A stretch of DNA of 64,000 nucleotides from Ignavibacteriota bacterium (GTDB lineage Bacteria > Bacteroidota > Ignavibacteria > UBA10030 > UBA6906), in contig PMJQ01000203.1 in NCBI GenBank assembly GCA_003157485.1, positions 35,415-99,414 on the forward strand, given 5' to 3'. Shown here piece by piece: positions 34,695-45,102 of this stretch. The stretch's first letter is position 1. Each line of letters starts with the position of its first letter. Made by a program: the position numbers and the translations under genes. The notes under the pieces were generated by a model, which saw only the letters and a list, made by a program, of their open reading frames with translations, ran no database searches and was not told the DNA's origin.

Positions 34695-35702
34695 ATGTCG
34701 AATGGATCCGGAACAACTTACTCCGCCTCGATGCTCCAGATAAGTGACCAGTTTGACCACTTCCAGATCAAGGGGCATATCGCACAGGGGGGGATGAGCG
34801 ATATCTACCGGGCGGTCGATCTCCTGAACGGCAGGGAAGTTGCGCTCAAGATTCCGGACAAGTCGATCATCGGTGACCCGGCGCAGTATGAGCGCTTCCA
34901 GCGCGAGCTGGAGGTAATGCGGACGCTGAGTCATCCTGCGATCCAGAAGGGCCTCGGGTCGGGGCGGTTCAACAACACCCCGTATCTTGTGACGGAGCTT
35001 GTCACTGGCGAATCGATGCGGGAGCTTGTGAAGCGCGCGGCGCCGATGGAGCCCGGGGCGGCGGTAGCCCTCATACGGAAGATCGCCGACGGACTGGCGC
35101 ACTGCCATGAGCACGATATCATCCACCGCGACGTCAAGCCCGAGAACATACTCATCGGTGCCGACGGTCAGCCCGTGATACTCGATTTCGGTCTGGCGCT
35201 CACGAAAGGGGCGCACCGCGTCACGTATGCCAATCTGAGCAACGCCGCCGGGACGCCGGACTACATGTCGCCCGAACAGATCGAGGGACACCGCGGCGAC
35301 AGACGGACCGACCTCTATGCCGTCGGCGTCATGTTTTTCGAGCTTCTCACGGGGCATCCGCCTTTCACCGGCGACAACCCGCTTGCCGTGATGTCCCAGC
35401 ACCTTCAGGGGGGAATCCCGAGGCTTGACAAAGTTCAGCCCGGCGTCTCTCCCCAGCTCGCCGCGGTCGTGCTGAAGTGTCTCCGGCGCGAGCCCGATGA
35501 CCGCTACGCGGACATGCGCGCGCTGATGTACGATCTCGACAACCTCGATCAGGTAAACACAGCGATACTCGAGGAATCCTCCAAACAACGAAGCTCCGCC
35601 CGATGGTGGCGCTCCCCGAAACTGGTACCCGCAGGCATCGCGATTGTCCTGATGCTTGCGATAATCGCGCTTGCATTCGGACTCCAGGCTCTGCATAAAT
35701 GA
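34695..35702 (+). CDS. Hanks-type Ser/Thr protein kinase, C-terminally tail-anchored, no extracytoplasmic domain
   Basis: VALKIP, HRDVKPENILI, DFGLA, GTPDYMSPEQ. A single C-terminal TM (LVPAGIAIVLMLAIIALAFGL) lies 5 residues before the stop. Confidence 0.9.
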   Translation: MSNGSGTTYSASMLQISDQFDHFQIKGHIAQGGMSDIYRAVDLLNGREVALKIPDKSIIGDPAQYERFQRELEVMRTLSHPAIQKGLGSGRFNNTPYLVTELVTGESMRELVKRAAPMEPGAAVALIRKIADGLAHCHEHDIIHRDVKPENILIGADGQPVILDFGLALTKGAHRVTYANLSNAAGTPDYMSPEQIEGHRGDRRTDLYAVGVMFFELLTGHPPFTGDNPLAVMSQHLQGGIPRLDKVQPGVSPQLAAVVLKCLRREPDDRYADMRALMYDLDNLDQVNTAILEESSKQRSSARWWRSPKLVPAGIAIVLMLAIIALAFGLQALHK

Positions 35703-37048
35703 AAACCAAAAACCCTCCTCCTACTGCAAACGACCTCCTTGCGCTGGTCGAGACACACCGTGTAAAGTTCATCGACCTCCAGTTCACCGACGTCGGCGGC
35801 GCCGTCAAGAACGTCACGATACCGACAAAGGAGCTCGCCGGGACGCTTAACCACGGGATATGGTTCGACGGCTCGTCCATTGAGGGGTTCGCGCGGATCG
35901 CAGAGAACGACATGTACCTTTTCCCCGATGCCTCCACGTTCGCCATACTCCCGTGGCTCGTGGAGAACGAAATCACGGCGCGTCTGATCTGCAACATCTA
36001 CACGCCGGACGGCCAGCCCTTCGTGGGAGATCCCCGGGCGGTCCTTACGCGCATGCTCGGCGTGGCGGAATCCATGGGATACGTGTACAACACAGGTCCG
36101 GAGATGGAGTTCTTCCTCCTGAAGCCGGGTGAGGGAGGTGAGCTTGACCCTCCAAGACCGCAGGACAGCGCAAGCTATTTCGACCAGCCGACCGACCTGG
36201 TCGCCACGGGTCTCTGGCGTCTCGTCGCCAATGCGCTTGCCGCGATCGGCATTGAGGCCGAGGCGATGCACCACGAGGTCGCCACCGGCCAGCACGAATT
36301 CGATCTCCGCTATGCGGACGCGCTGAAGACGGCGGACAGCACTGTTGCATTCAGAGTCGTCATGAAGATCCTGGCGCAGCAAAAGGGATTGTATGCCACG
36401 TTCATGCCGAAACCCATCAGGGGGATCAGCGGGAGCGGCATGCACGTCCATCAGGGACTGAGCTACAAGGCGAACGGGTCAAATGCGTTCAGCGACCCCG
36501 GTGATCCTCACGGTCTCTCGAAAATCGCAAAGCACTTCATCGCGGGACAACTTGCGCATGCGCGGGGGATGTGCGCGGTCCTCGCGCCGCTTGTGAATTC
36601 CTACAAGCGCCTGGGGGCGTACGAAGCGCCCGTCCACATAACGTGGGGGAGGATCAACCGCTCCGCGCTGATACGGATCCCGCGCGCACACACGGCGGAA
36701 TCGACGCGCATCGAGCTAAGATGTCCCGATCCAAGCTGTAACCCGTACCTGGCGTTTGCCGTCATGCTCGGCGCGGGGCTCGACGGGATCAGCCGTGAGC
36801 TCCAGGTGCCGGAAGCGATGGAAGAGAACGTCTATGCTGCCGCGGACACAAGGGGGAAGCCGCCTCTGAACGTCCTTCCGGGGTCCCTTTCCGAGGCGAT
36901 CGAGGAACTCGAGCAGGACGCCGTGATCCGTGAATCTCTTGGCGCGCACATCTGTGAACGATTCATAAGCGCAAAACGCCTCGAGTGGGACGACTACCGC
37001 CTTGAAGTAACCCCGTGGGAGCTGTCGAAGTACCTGACAAACTACTGA
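35699..37048 (+). CDS. glnA: glutamine synthetase, type I (GSI-alpha-like, about 449 aa)
   Basis: FDGSSIEGF, GSGMHVHQ, NSYKRL, ALIRIP, ELRCPDPSCNPYLAF motifs. The ATG overlaps the kinase stop (ATGA at 35699-35702). Confidence 0.85.
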   Translation: MKTKNPPPTANDLLALVETHRVKFIDLQFTDVGGAVKNVTIPTKELAGTLNHGIWFDGSSIEGFARIAENDMYLFPDASTFAILPWLVENEITARLICNIYTPDGQPFVGDPRAVLTRMLGVAESMGYVYNTGPEMEFFLLKPGEGGELDPPRPQDSASYFDQPTDLVATGLWRLVANALAAIGIEAEAMHHEVATGQHEFDLRYADALKTADSTVAFRVVMKILAQQKGLYATFMPKPIRGISGSGMHVHQGLSYKANGSNAFSDPGDPHGLSKIAKHFIAGQLAHARGMCAVLAPLVNSYKRLGAYEAPVHITWGRINRSALIRIPRAHTAESTRIELRCPDPSCNPYLAFAVMLGAGLDGISRELQVPEAMEENVYAAADTRGKPPLNVLPGSLSEAIEELEQDAVIRESLGAHICERFISAKRLEWDDYRLEVTPWELSKYLTNY

Positions 37049-37065
37049 ACGGCATTCCCTGTCTC

Positions 37066-39444
37066 TCACTCGTAGCGGAGCGACTCGACCGGATTGGCCC
37101 TTGCGGCCTTCACGGCCTGGAAACTCACAGTCACCAGCGCTACAATCATCGCCGCGCCCCCTGCCAGAACGTAGACCCATACGCTCATCGGGGCTCTGTA
37201 TGCAAACCCGTTCAGCCATGCGCTCGTGCCGAGGTAAGCGGCCGGCCAGGCGATCAGGTTCGCAATGAGGACCCAGCCGGCAAGGTCTCCGGATATCAGA
37301 TAGATGATCTCCGGGATGGACGCGCCGAGTACCTTCCGTATGCCAATCTCCTTCACTCTTCGCTCTGCGGAGAATGCGGCAAGACCAAAAAGTCCCAGGC
37401 AGGAGATGATGATTGCAAGCCCCGCGAAGTACCGTGAAAGCTCGGCGACCCGGGCCTCGGAGGCATACAGCGCCTGGTAGTCCTGATCGAGGAATTTGTA
37501 GTCGAATGAAAAGCCGGGGTTATAGGCGCGGTAGAATTCCTGCAGATCGTCGATGGTTTCTTTTTCCATTCCGGCCCTGACCCTCGCCATCACGATCATG
37601 GTCTTCTGCGGCTCCAGGACGAAGAAGAGGGGCTTCACATGTTCGTGGAGCGATTCAAAGTTGAAATCTCTGGTGACGCCGATGATCTGTCTGTTCTTTC
37701 CCCAGAGGTTGACGGATTTGCCGACCGGGTCTTTCAGCCCCATGACGGCCAATGCCGCCTCATTGAATATGATCGCCGAACTGTCCGTTCCGTAGTCCCG
37801 CGAGAAGCTCCTCCCTTCGGCAATTGTGATGCCGAGTGTTTCCAGCAGGCCGTAGTCGACGCTTGCCGCGGCAAAGAGGATCAAGTCTCCCTGTTTCTTC
37901 CCTTCCCAGTAGAGGCCGTATGTCGAGCTGTTGACCCCGATGATGCTCTGCATCATGACTGACGCATTCACGATCCCCGGCATTCGCCTGACTTCAGTGA
38001 GAAACGCCTCGTGATTCTGCGCCACGCGCCCTTCCTTGTCAAAATAGATGACGTTGTCCCTGTGAAAGCCGATATCCCGCGTGTTGATGAAGTCCATTTG
38101 TCTGCGCACGACGAGAACGGCGATAATGAGGACGATGGACAGGGTGAACTGGAACACAACAAGGCCCTTCCGGGCCAGCAGCGCGCCTGCGGACCGGGCG
38201 AGTTTTCCCTTCAAAATGACGACCGGGTTGAGCGCGGACAGGTAAATTGCCGGATAACTCCCCGCGATGAGACCGGTGAGAACCGTCAGGCCCAGCATGA
38301 ACTCGACAAGACCGGCGTCAAATGTGATGGAGAGATGCTTTCCGGTGATCTCGCTGAACCGGGGGAGAAAGATCTCGACGATCGCAACGGCGATGATGAG
38401 TGATGCGAGCGTCATGACAAGCGATTCTCCGAGGAACTGCAGGACGAGAGATTTGCGGGGTGCGCCTATGGCCTTCCGGATCCCGACTTCTTTCATCCTT
38501 ACCGAGGCTTTCGCCGTGGAAAGGTTCATGAAATTGATGCAGGCGATAAGGACGATGAAGAGGGCGATGAGTGAGAGAAGCCGCACGTACTCAATCCTCC
38601 CTCCGGTCAGGACGCCGTTCTCATATGCATTATACAGATAGCTGTCTGCATAAGGCCTCATGAAAAGCGTGACATTGGAGTACGAGGCTCTGGCCTTGAT
38701 GAACCCTGCGATCTTTCCGTTGACGTCGGATGCGTTCGTCCCCTTTTTGAGAAGGACGTACGTGCCCGGTCCGTGGTTACCCCAGTTCATCTCCCTGTGG
38801 ATGCTGTTGCAGAAATCAACCCACCCGTCGAATGCCAGTACGAAGTCAAACCGTTCCGTGGAATTTGAAGGCACGCCCTTGAATACTCCGGAGACGACGA
38901 CCTGTCTCTTGAAACCGAGGAGCTGCCACTCGAGAGGTTTGCCGACAACATTGTCTGTCGTGTTGAATATCTTGAGCGCGAGCTGTTCTGAGATGACAAC
39001 GGAACCCGCGGGGGTCAGCACCCCGTCCGGAGTCCCCTGAAGAAGCTCATAGGGGAACACGTTGAAGAAATCCTTTCCGGCAAACTGCCCCGTTGACTTG
39101 ACCGTCCTGTCGCCGGTGGTGAGTGTGAAATTCCCGAACCACGAAGAGGGCGTCACCGCGGTGGCGTATTCGATTTCAGGAACCTCAGGCACGAGGGATT
39201 GCGCCAGCAGGTCCGGCGTGGCGGGTTGTGTGGTTATGCCGTTGGCGTTCTTCGAATTCTCCATCACCTGGAATCGCAGGTCGTCACCCGTGCCGAACGT
39301 ATTCACGTGCAATTCATCGTTCACCCAGATGTAGATAAGCAGTGCACATGCCAGTCCGGTCGACAATCCGATCAGGTTTATGAGGAACGTGCTCTTGAAT
39401 TTCCGGAAGTTCCTGTAAATGACGAGGAGGTTATGTCGTAGCAT
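37066..39444 (-). CDS. duplicated FtsX/MacB-type ABC permease (ADOP-like), no adjacent ATPase
   Basis: About 790 aa starting MLRHNLLVIYRNFRKFKSTFLINLIGLS. Two FtsX 4-TM modules with large periplasmic domains. Confidence 0.8.
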   Translation of the reverse strand: MLRHNLLVIYRNFRKFKSTFLINLIGLSTGLACALLIYIWVNDELHVNTFGTGDDLRFQVMENSKNANGITTQPATPDLLAQSLVPEVPEIEYATAVTPSSWFGNFTLTTGDRTVKSTGQFAGKDFFNVFPYELLQGTPDGVLTPAGSVVISEQLALKIFNTTDNVVGKPLEWQLLGFKRQVVVSGVFKGVPSNSTERFDFVLAFDGWVDFCNSIHREMNWGNHGPGTYVLLKKGTNASDVNGKIAGFIKARASYSNVTLFMRPYADSYLYNAYENGVLTGGRIEYVRLLSLIALFIVLIACINFMNLSTAKASVRMKEVGIRKAIGAPRKSLVLQFLGESLVMTLASLIIAVAIVEIFLPRFSEITGKHLSITFDAGLVEFMLGLTVLTGLIAGSYPAIYLSALNPVVILKGKLARSAGALLARKGLVVFQFTLSIVLIIAVLVVRRQMDFINTRDIGFHRDNVIYFDKEGRVAQNHEAFLTEVRRMPGIVNASVMMQSIIGVNSSTYGLYWEGKKQGDLILFAAASVDYGLLETLGITIAEGRSFSRDYGTDSSAIIFNEAALAVMGLKDPVGKSVNLWGKNRQIIGVTRDFNFESLHEHVKPLFFVLEPQKTMIVMARVRAGMEKETIDDLQEFYRAYNPGFSFDYKFLDQDYQALYASEARVAELSRYFAGLAIIISCLGLFGLAAFSAERRVKEIGIRKVLGASIPEIIYLISGDLAGWVLIANLIAWPAAYLGTSAWLNGFAYRAPMSVWVYVLAGGAAMIVALVTVSFQAVKAARANPVESLRYE

Positions 39445-39861
39445 TGGGTCCTGATCCCCGGAGATGTCTTTATGAGCAGCGCGGAATGGCAATCCGATTG
39501 CAATATTCAGGCCATCGAATATCGCTGCAATTGCCGGTGAAATGCAGCCGCATATGCCTGGTCGCGTCCGGTTTTGTTACAGTAGATGTCCGGAAATGGA
39601 CAACCTCATGACGTAAAACGATGCATGCCTTGACGCGGGGATGCAGAAGAGGGGGCTGTAAATATTGAGACTGAATATCTTTGGTCAGACATGACAGGAT
39701 GAGTCATATTTGAAGTGTCCAAGAATATCAGATTTTGCGGCCATATTTGTCACAAACAGACGCCTTTCCATGCCCGAACATGGAACGGTTCGCACATCGG
39801 CACTGTTTGCACTGTGACCGGGGAGTAATGTCTTCTCCGCACACTCAAACAGGGAGTTCGA

Positions 39862-40812
39862 ATGGCAGAAAAGAAGATCATCGCTGTGGTTGGTGCAACC
39901 GGCGCGCAGGGCGGCGGGCTGGTCCGGGCAATACTGAAAGACCCGACCGGGGGCTTCAGCGCGCGTGCACTGACGAGAGATGTCAATTCAAGCGGAGCGA
40001 AGGCGCTCGCGGCTCTTGGGGCCGAAGTTGTAGCCGCGGACGTCGATGACGTGGAGAGTCTCAAGAGAGCATTCAAGGGCGCGTATGGCGCATACTGCGT
40101 CACGTTTTTCTGGGCGCATATGTCCCCGGAGAAAGAGATAGCGAACGCAAAATCGATGGCCGAGGCGGCGAAATACGCAGGGGTACAGCATACGATCTGG
40201 TCCACGCTGGAAGACACGCGAAAGTGGGTTCCGCTCGGCGACGAACGCATGCCGACGCTCCAGGGGAAGTACAAGGTCCCTCATTTTGACGCCAAGGGGG
40301 AATCGAACCACCTGTTCACCGATCTCGGGGTCCCCGTCACGTTCCTTCAGACGTCGTTCTACTGGGACAACCTGATATTCTTCGGCATGGGCCCGAAGAA
40401 AGGTCCCGACGGAAAACTGGGAATCACTTTCCCGATGGGCGGCCGGAAGCTCCCGGGCATCGCGGCGGAAGACATCGGCAAGTGCGCGTACGGGATATTC
40501 AAAGGCGGGAAGAAGTTCATCGGTAAGACCGTCAGCATCGCGGGAGAGCACCTCACGGGAGCGCAGATGGCGGCCGGGCTCTCGAAATCTCTCGGACGCG
40601 AGATTCGATACAACGAAATTGCTCCGGAGGTCTACAGGAGTTTCGGGTTTCCCGGAGCGGACGATCTGGGGAACATGTTCCAGTTCAACAGGGACTTTGA
40701 GAAGGAGTTTTGCGGGGTGAGGGACCTTCAGTCGACGCGTGCCCTCAATCCGGAACTCAAGACGTTCGAACAATGGCTTGCACAAAACGCCGGTCGGATT
40801 CCGGTCGAATAG
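39862..40812 (+). CDS. NmrA-family NAD(P)-binding protein
   Basis: IAVVGATGAQGGGLVRAIL Rossmann motif. Length and layout are typical of NmrA/HSCARG-like proteins. Confidence 0.75.
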   Translation: MAEKKIIAVVGATGAQGGGLVRAILKDPTGGFSARALTRDVNSSGAKALAALGAEVVAADVDDVESLKRAFKGAYGAYCVTFFWAHMSPEKEIANAKSMAEAAKYAGVQHTIWSTLEDTRKWVPLGDERMPTLQGKYKVPHFDAKGESNHLFTDLGVPVTFLQTSFYWDNLIFFGMGPKKGPDGKLGITFPMGGRKLPGIAAEDIGKCAYGIFKGGKKFIGKTVSIAGEHLTGAQMAAGLSKSLGREIRYNEIAPEVYRSFGFPGADDLGNMFQFNRDFEKEFCGVRDLQSTRALNPELKTFEQWLAQNAGRIPVE

Positions 40813-40884
40813 CGTTGAGATCCTCGCTCTGATAACGCGCCCCGCTCCCCCCGGAGAAGGCCCGGCTCTTCATCAGAGAGTGAT

Positions 40885-42123
40885 TCAGGAGTCCATGTCA
40901 GAGACCGGGGCGCTGTTTGTTCCGGCGCGGACCAGTGTCAGGACCGTGATCTCCGAGCGGGCGGCGAGCCTGACAGGAGGCCCCCAGTATCCGGTCCCCT
41001 TGCTGACGTAAATCCAGGTCTCTCCGTATTTGTGGAATCCCTTGATAAATGGCTGGCCGATCGTGGCCAGCAGATTCCAGGGAAAGAACTGCCCTCCGTG
41101 CGTGTGCCCTGATATCTGGACGTCGAATCCCGCCTTCGCTCCTTCGTACAGGCTTTTTGGCTGGTGCGCCAGGAGTATCTTGACGTCGGCTGCGGGCGCC
41201 CCGGCGATCGCGCGGTGGGGGTCCGAGCGATGCCCCGGTATAAATCCCCCCGCGGAGGAATCCGTGACACCGGCCAGCACGATCGTCCCTCCCCCCTGAC
41301 GTATCACCCTGTGCTCGTTGAGAAGCACGTCGAACCCGAGCCTCCGTGCCTCTTCGATCCAGGGCAGCGCACCGGAATAATATTCGTGATTCCCCGTAAT
41401 GAAATACCGCCCGAACCGCCCCTGCAGGTTCTTGAGCGGCTCGACGTGTTCTCTGAGGCGCTCCACGGACCCGTCCACCATGTCCCCGGTGAATGCCACG
41501 ATGTCCCCCATCTGCGCATTTGCCATCTCGACGATCGTCTCGACGAACGGGCGCGTCACGGTGAGGCCCGCGTGAATGTCCGAGATCTGGACGATCCTGA
41601 ATCCCTGGAGCGAGCCGGGGAGATCACGGAGAGGGACGTCGACCCGCACGATCGCGGGACGCCTTCGTGCCTCGTAGATCCCGTATGCCGTCAGCCCGCC
41701 CGCCGCGGCGATGACCCCGAGGTTCATCGACTGGACGAGGACTTCCCGCCGGTGCGGGTCGGCCGGAGCCGCGCTGGCGCTCGTTCCCGCGGAGAGCCAC
41801 GGCACTATCGCGAAGAGCTTTTGCGCTGCGATCACGAGCATCCATGCGGCGTCCCGGAGGAGGAGAATGGTGATGACGAGTGAGAAGAACCCGAGGCTTA
41901 CGTACGCTCCCCACTCGAGCTCCGTCTTCCACGGGATGTCGATCCTGTTGAATTCGATGGACATCGTCGCGATCGGGAGGAGTATAAGAACCGCGAGCGC
42001 TCCCCAGGCAACCCAGTTCCACGGTGCCGGGAAATGGAGCGGTATGATCAGGCGCCAGCCGGCGTACCCGTACCCCGCGCCGACAATGCTGAAAGCGATG
42101 ATAAACCAGAGGACGTACGACAC
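40885..42123 (-). CDS. membrane-anchored metallophosphoesterase (YkuE/LpxH-like calcineurin fold)
   Basis: Four N-terminal TMs, then SDIHAG, GDMVDG, GNHEY, GHTHGGQ. Confidence 0.85.
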   Translation of the reverse strand: MSYVLWFIIAFSIVGAGYGYAGWRLIIPLHFPAPWNWVAWGALAVLILLPIATMSIEFNRIDIPWKTELEWGAYVSLGFFSLVITILLLRDAAWMLVIAAQKLFAIVPWLSAGTSASAAPADPHRREVLVQSMNLGVIAAAGGLTAYGIYEARRRPAIVRVDVPLRDLPGSLQGFRIVQISDIHAGLTVTRPFVETIVEMANAQMGDIVAFTGDMVDGSVERLREHVEPLKNLQGRFGRYFITGNHEYYSGALPWIEEARRLGFDVLLNEHRVIRQGGGTIVLAGVTDSSAGGFIPGHRSDPHRAIAGAPAADVKILLAHQPKSLYEGAKAGFDVQISGHTHGGQFFPWNLLATIGQPFIKGFHKYGETWIYVSKGTGYWGPPVRLAARSEITVLTLVRAGTNSAPVSDMDS

Positions 42124-42324
42124 TGTGATGCTCCCTTTCTTCTCTGAAGGCCTCTTTTACGATACGAAAGACCTTCCCGGCTTACAAGGGAATGTCCGTC
42201 GGCCTGCTTTGCGTTTCTTCCCCTGAATCTGTATGTTAATAAGCTCCTATCTCCTTCATTGTGAAGGTGATACGAAGATAAGGCCTGCATTTCAGCACGA
42301 TACTCAAGGGGGGGTGGCGGGGGA

Positions 42325-43506
42325 ATGGAACTTGAAGAACGATATGCGAACCTGATTGATTACCTTACGGACTATATCTATACGGTAAGGATTCAGGATG
42401 GTGTCGCGGTGGAGACCTACCATGGACCGGGCTGCGTCGCCATAACGGGGTACACGTCGGAGGACTACCGGGCGAATCCCGATCTCTGGTCCAGCATGGT
42501 GCCCCGCGCCGACCGGGAGAAGGTCCTCGAGCAGGCGCGGCGGGCGCTTGCGGGTGAACGGATGCAACCGCTGGAACACAGGATCATACACAGGGACGGT
42601 TCGACCCGTTGGATCCGGAATACTATCGTCGTGACGAAGGACGCCGCAGGCGTCCCCATCGCGTATGACGGCCTGATCAACGACATTACACGACTAAAGA
42701 AGTCGGAGGCGGAGGAGGCGATTCGCCATCAACAGCTCGTGCAGGCGGACAAGATGGCCTCCCTGGGGGTGCTGATCTCGGGGATCGCCCACGAGATCAA
42801 CAACCCGAACAACTTCATACTCCTCAACGCGCGCCTCTTCCAGAGGATCTGGGCCGACATACTCCCCGTTCTCGATCATTACAGGGAGCAGAGCGGTGAT
42901 TTCAGCGTGGCGGGGCTCCCGTACAGCTCCTCGCGCGACAAACTGTCGCAGTCCCTTGACGCAATCCTTCAGGGCTCGGACCGGATTCAGGGGATCACGA
43001 AGAGCCTGACGGAATACGCGAAACACGACGGCGGAAAGCTCGGGGAGCCGGTCGATATCAACAGGGTTGTCGCGCTGGCGGTCACACTGACGGAGAATCT
43101 CATAAACCGCTCGACGGCGAATTTCAGAACCGACTACGGCGCCGGCATCCCACCGATACGGGGAAATGCGCAGCAGCTCGAGCAGGTGATTGTGAACCTG
43201 ATTACAAACGCATGCCAGTCGCTCACGGGCAATACTGCGGAAGTGCGCATCATAACGTATTATGCCAGGGAGACAAACGAAGTGGGGGTCATGGTCAAGG
43301 ATGCCGGGAGCGGCATCCGTGAATCGGACCTGAAATACATCATGGATCCGTTCTTTACGACGAAGAGAGACCGCGGGGGGACAGGCCTCGGACTCTCCGT
43401 CTCGAACAACATCGTCAAAAGCCACGGCGGGTCGCTTGTCCTTACAAGTGAACCGGGTCGGGGGACGAGGGCGATCGTGACGCTCCCCGTTCTCCAGCCC
43501 GCGTAA
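42325..43506 (+). CDS. PAS-domain sensor histidine kinase (cytoplasmic)
   Basis: PAS (HRIIHRDGSTRWIRN), H-box GIAHEINNPNN, N box LITNACQS, G boxes DAGSGI / GTGLGLSV. Confidence 0.85.
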   Translation: MELEERYANLIDYLTDYIYTVRIQDGVAVETYHGPGCVAITGYTSEDYRANPDLWSSMVPRADREKVLEQARRALAGERMQPLEHRIIHRDGSTRWIRNTIVVTKDAAGVPIAYDGLINDITRLKKSEAEEAIRHQQLVQADKMASLGVLISGIAHEINNPNNFILLNARLFQRIWADILPVLDHYREQSGDFSVAGLPYSSSRDKLSQSLDAILQGSDRIQGITKSLTEYAKHDGGKLGEPVDINRVVALAVTLTENLINRSTANFRTDYGAGIPPIRGNAQQLEQVIVNLITNACQSLTGNTAEVRIITYYARETNEVGVMVKDAGSGIRESDLKYIMDPFFTTKRDRGGTGLGLSVSNNIVKSHGGSLVLTSEPGRGTRAIVTLPVLQPA

Positions 43507-43530
43507 CGTGGAGCCGGCGGACGCATTCAG

Positions 43531-44958
43531 ATGAAATCCAACCTCACACCGGTGCACCCGGTACTGTTTGTCGACGACGAGGAGAACTATCTCCTCAGCC
43601 TCGAGCTCACGATGTCGTCGAACGGGATCACCAACATCGAAACGTGCAACGACAGCCGCAAAGTGATGTCGCTGTTGGCCGCGCGCCAGTACTCCCTCGT
43701 CGTCCTCGACATCAACATGCCGCATATTTCCGGCGTGGAGCTCCTTCCGCAGATCGTCGGCGCGTACCCGGGCACGCACGTCATCATCGTCAGCGCCGTC
43801 GACGACGTCGAGAACGCCGTGCTCTGCATGAAGAAGGGGGCGTTTGACTACGTCCTGAAGCCTGCGGACGACACGCGGCTCGTTGCCGCGATCCGCCACG
43901 GACTCGAGCTGGACGAGATCCGGAGCGAAAACGAAATGCTGAAGCAATCGCTCCTCCGGGACCAGATTCAGAACCCGGAGGCGTTTGAGGGGATCATCAC
44001 GCATGCGCACGCGATCCGCTCCCTGTTCAGATACATCGAGGCTGTCGGGGGAACGAACCTTCCGATACTCATCACGGGTGAGACCGGGACCGGGAAGGAG
44101 CTTTTTGCCGCCGCGGTCCACAGGGTGAGCGGCCGGAGCGGGGAGCTCGTGACGGTGAATGTCGCAGGCGTCGACGATAATTTCTTCTCCGACACGCTCT
44201 TCGGCCACAGGAAAGGGGCATTTACCGGGGCGGAGTCCGAACGGAAAGGGCTTATCGAGAGGGCGGAGAACGGGACTCTCTTTCTTGATGAAATCGGCGA
44301 CCTGAGCATCGAATCGCAGGTCAAGCTTCTGCGGCTGCTGCAGGACGGCCAGTACTACCCTCTTGGATCAGACATCGCGAAACTCTCGAACGCAAGGATC
44401 ATCGTGGCGACGCACCGCGACATACGCTCGATGCAGGAGGGGAACACGTTCCGGCAGGACCTGTACTACCGCCTGAAGGCTCATCAGATCAACATTCCCC
44501 CGCTCAGGGAGAGGCAGCCTGACATACCGTATCTTGTGGATCATTTCGCGACCGAGGCGGCTTCCGAGCTCGGCAAGAAGAGGCCATCGCTTCCCAAGGA
44601 GCTTTTCACGCTCCTGAAGAACTATCCGTTTCCCGGCAACGTGAGGGAACTCCGGGGGATGGTATTTGACGCCGTGAGCCTTCACACCTCCGGCATACTT
44701 TCCCTTGACTCGATCAGGAAGCAGATCGCCTCCTCCAACAGTCCAGGCGAACGGCCCGGCGGGGGCCGTCCATCGGATGACGAAGTTCTTCAGATCCCCG
44801 GAAGATTTCCGACTCTGAAGGAAGCGGAAGATGCGGTCATCGAAGAGGCACTCAGGAGAGCGGAGGGGAACCAGACGATTGCCGCCGAACTCCTCGGCGT
44901 TTCACGGCGGGCGCTCAACAACCGCCTCCGGCGAAAGGAGGGGGACGACCCGGAATGA
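43531..44958 (+). CDS. sigma54-dependent response regulator (REC-AAA+-HTH)
   Basis: LFVDDEE...DINMP, GETGTGKE, GAFTGA, RIIVATH, C-terminal AAELLGVSRRALNNRL. Confidence 0.9.
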   Translation: MKSNLTPVHPVLFVDDEENYLLSLELTMSSNGITNIETCNDSRKVMSLLAARQYSLVVLDINMPHISGVELLPQIVGAYPGTHVIIVSAVDDVENAVLCMKKGAFDYVLKPADDTRLVAAIRHGLELDEIRSENEMLKQSLLRDQIQNPEAFEGIITHAHAIRSLFRYIEAVGGTNLPILITGETGTGKELFAAAVHRVSGRSGELVTVNVAGVDDNFFSDTLFGHRKGAFTGAESERKGLIERAENGTLFLDEIGDLSIESQVKLLRLLQDGQYYPLGSDIAKLSNARIIVATHRDIRSMQEGNTFRQDLYYRLKAHQINIPPLRERQPDIPYLVDHFATEAASELGKKRPSLPKELFTLLKNYPFPGNVRELRGMVFDAVSLHTSGILSLDSIRKQIASSNSPGERPGGGRPSDDEVLQIPGRFPTLKEAEDAVIEEALRRAEGNQTIAAELLGVSRRALNNRLRRKEGDDPE

Positions 44959-45102
44959 GTTTGGTAAAATTACACACATAGGGAAAAAATACCTGCCCTA
45001 AACCCGGGTTCCCCATGAATCCGGCCTGGATTTCCGGTGCGGCCTGTGGCATGGTTCGTGAGCCTCATAGACCCTGATAGTTGCCGGAATGAAAGGGTCC
45101 AG

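Noticed and set aside
45047-45061. Sigma54-like sequence TGGCATggttcGTGA upstream of the lipoprotein gene. Also TGGCAC-N6-TTGC at 45752-45767 and GGGGCACcgtttTTCGC at 28581-28597.
   Set aside because: The first lacks the -12 GC dinucleotide. The other two have GG-N11-GC spacing, one nucleotide too long for a promoter class that is strict about spacing.
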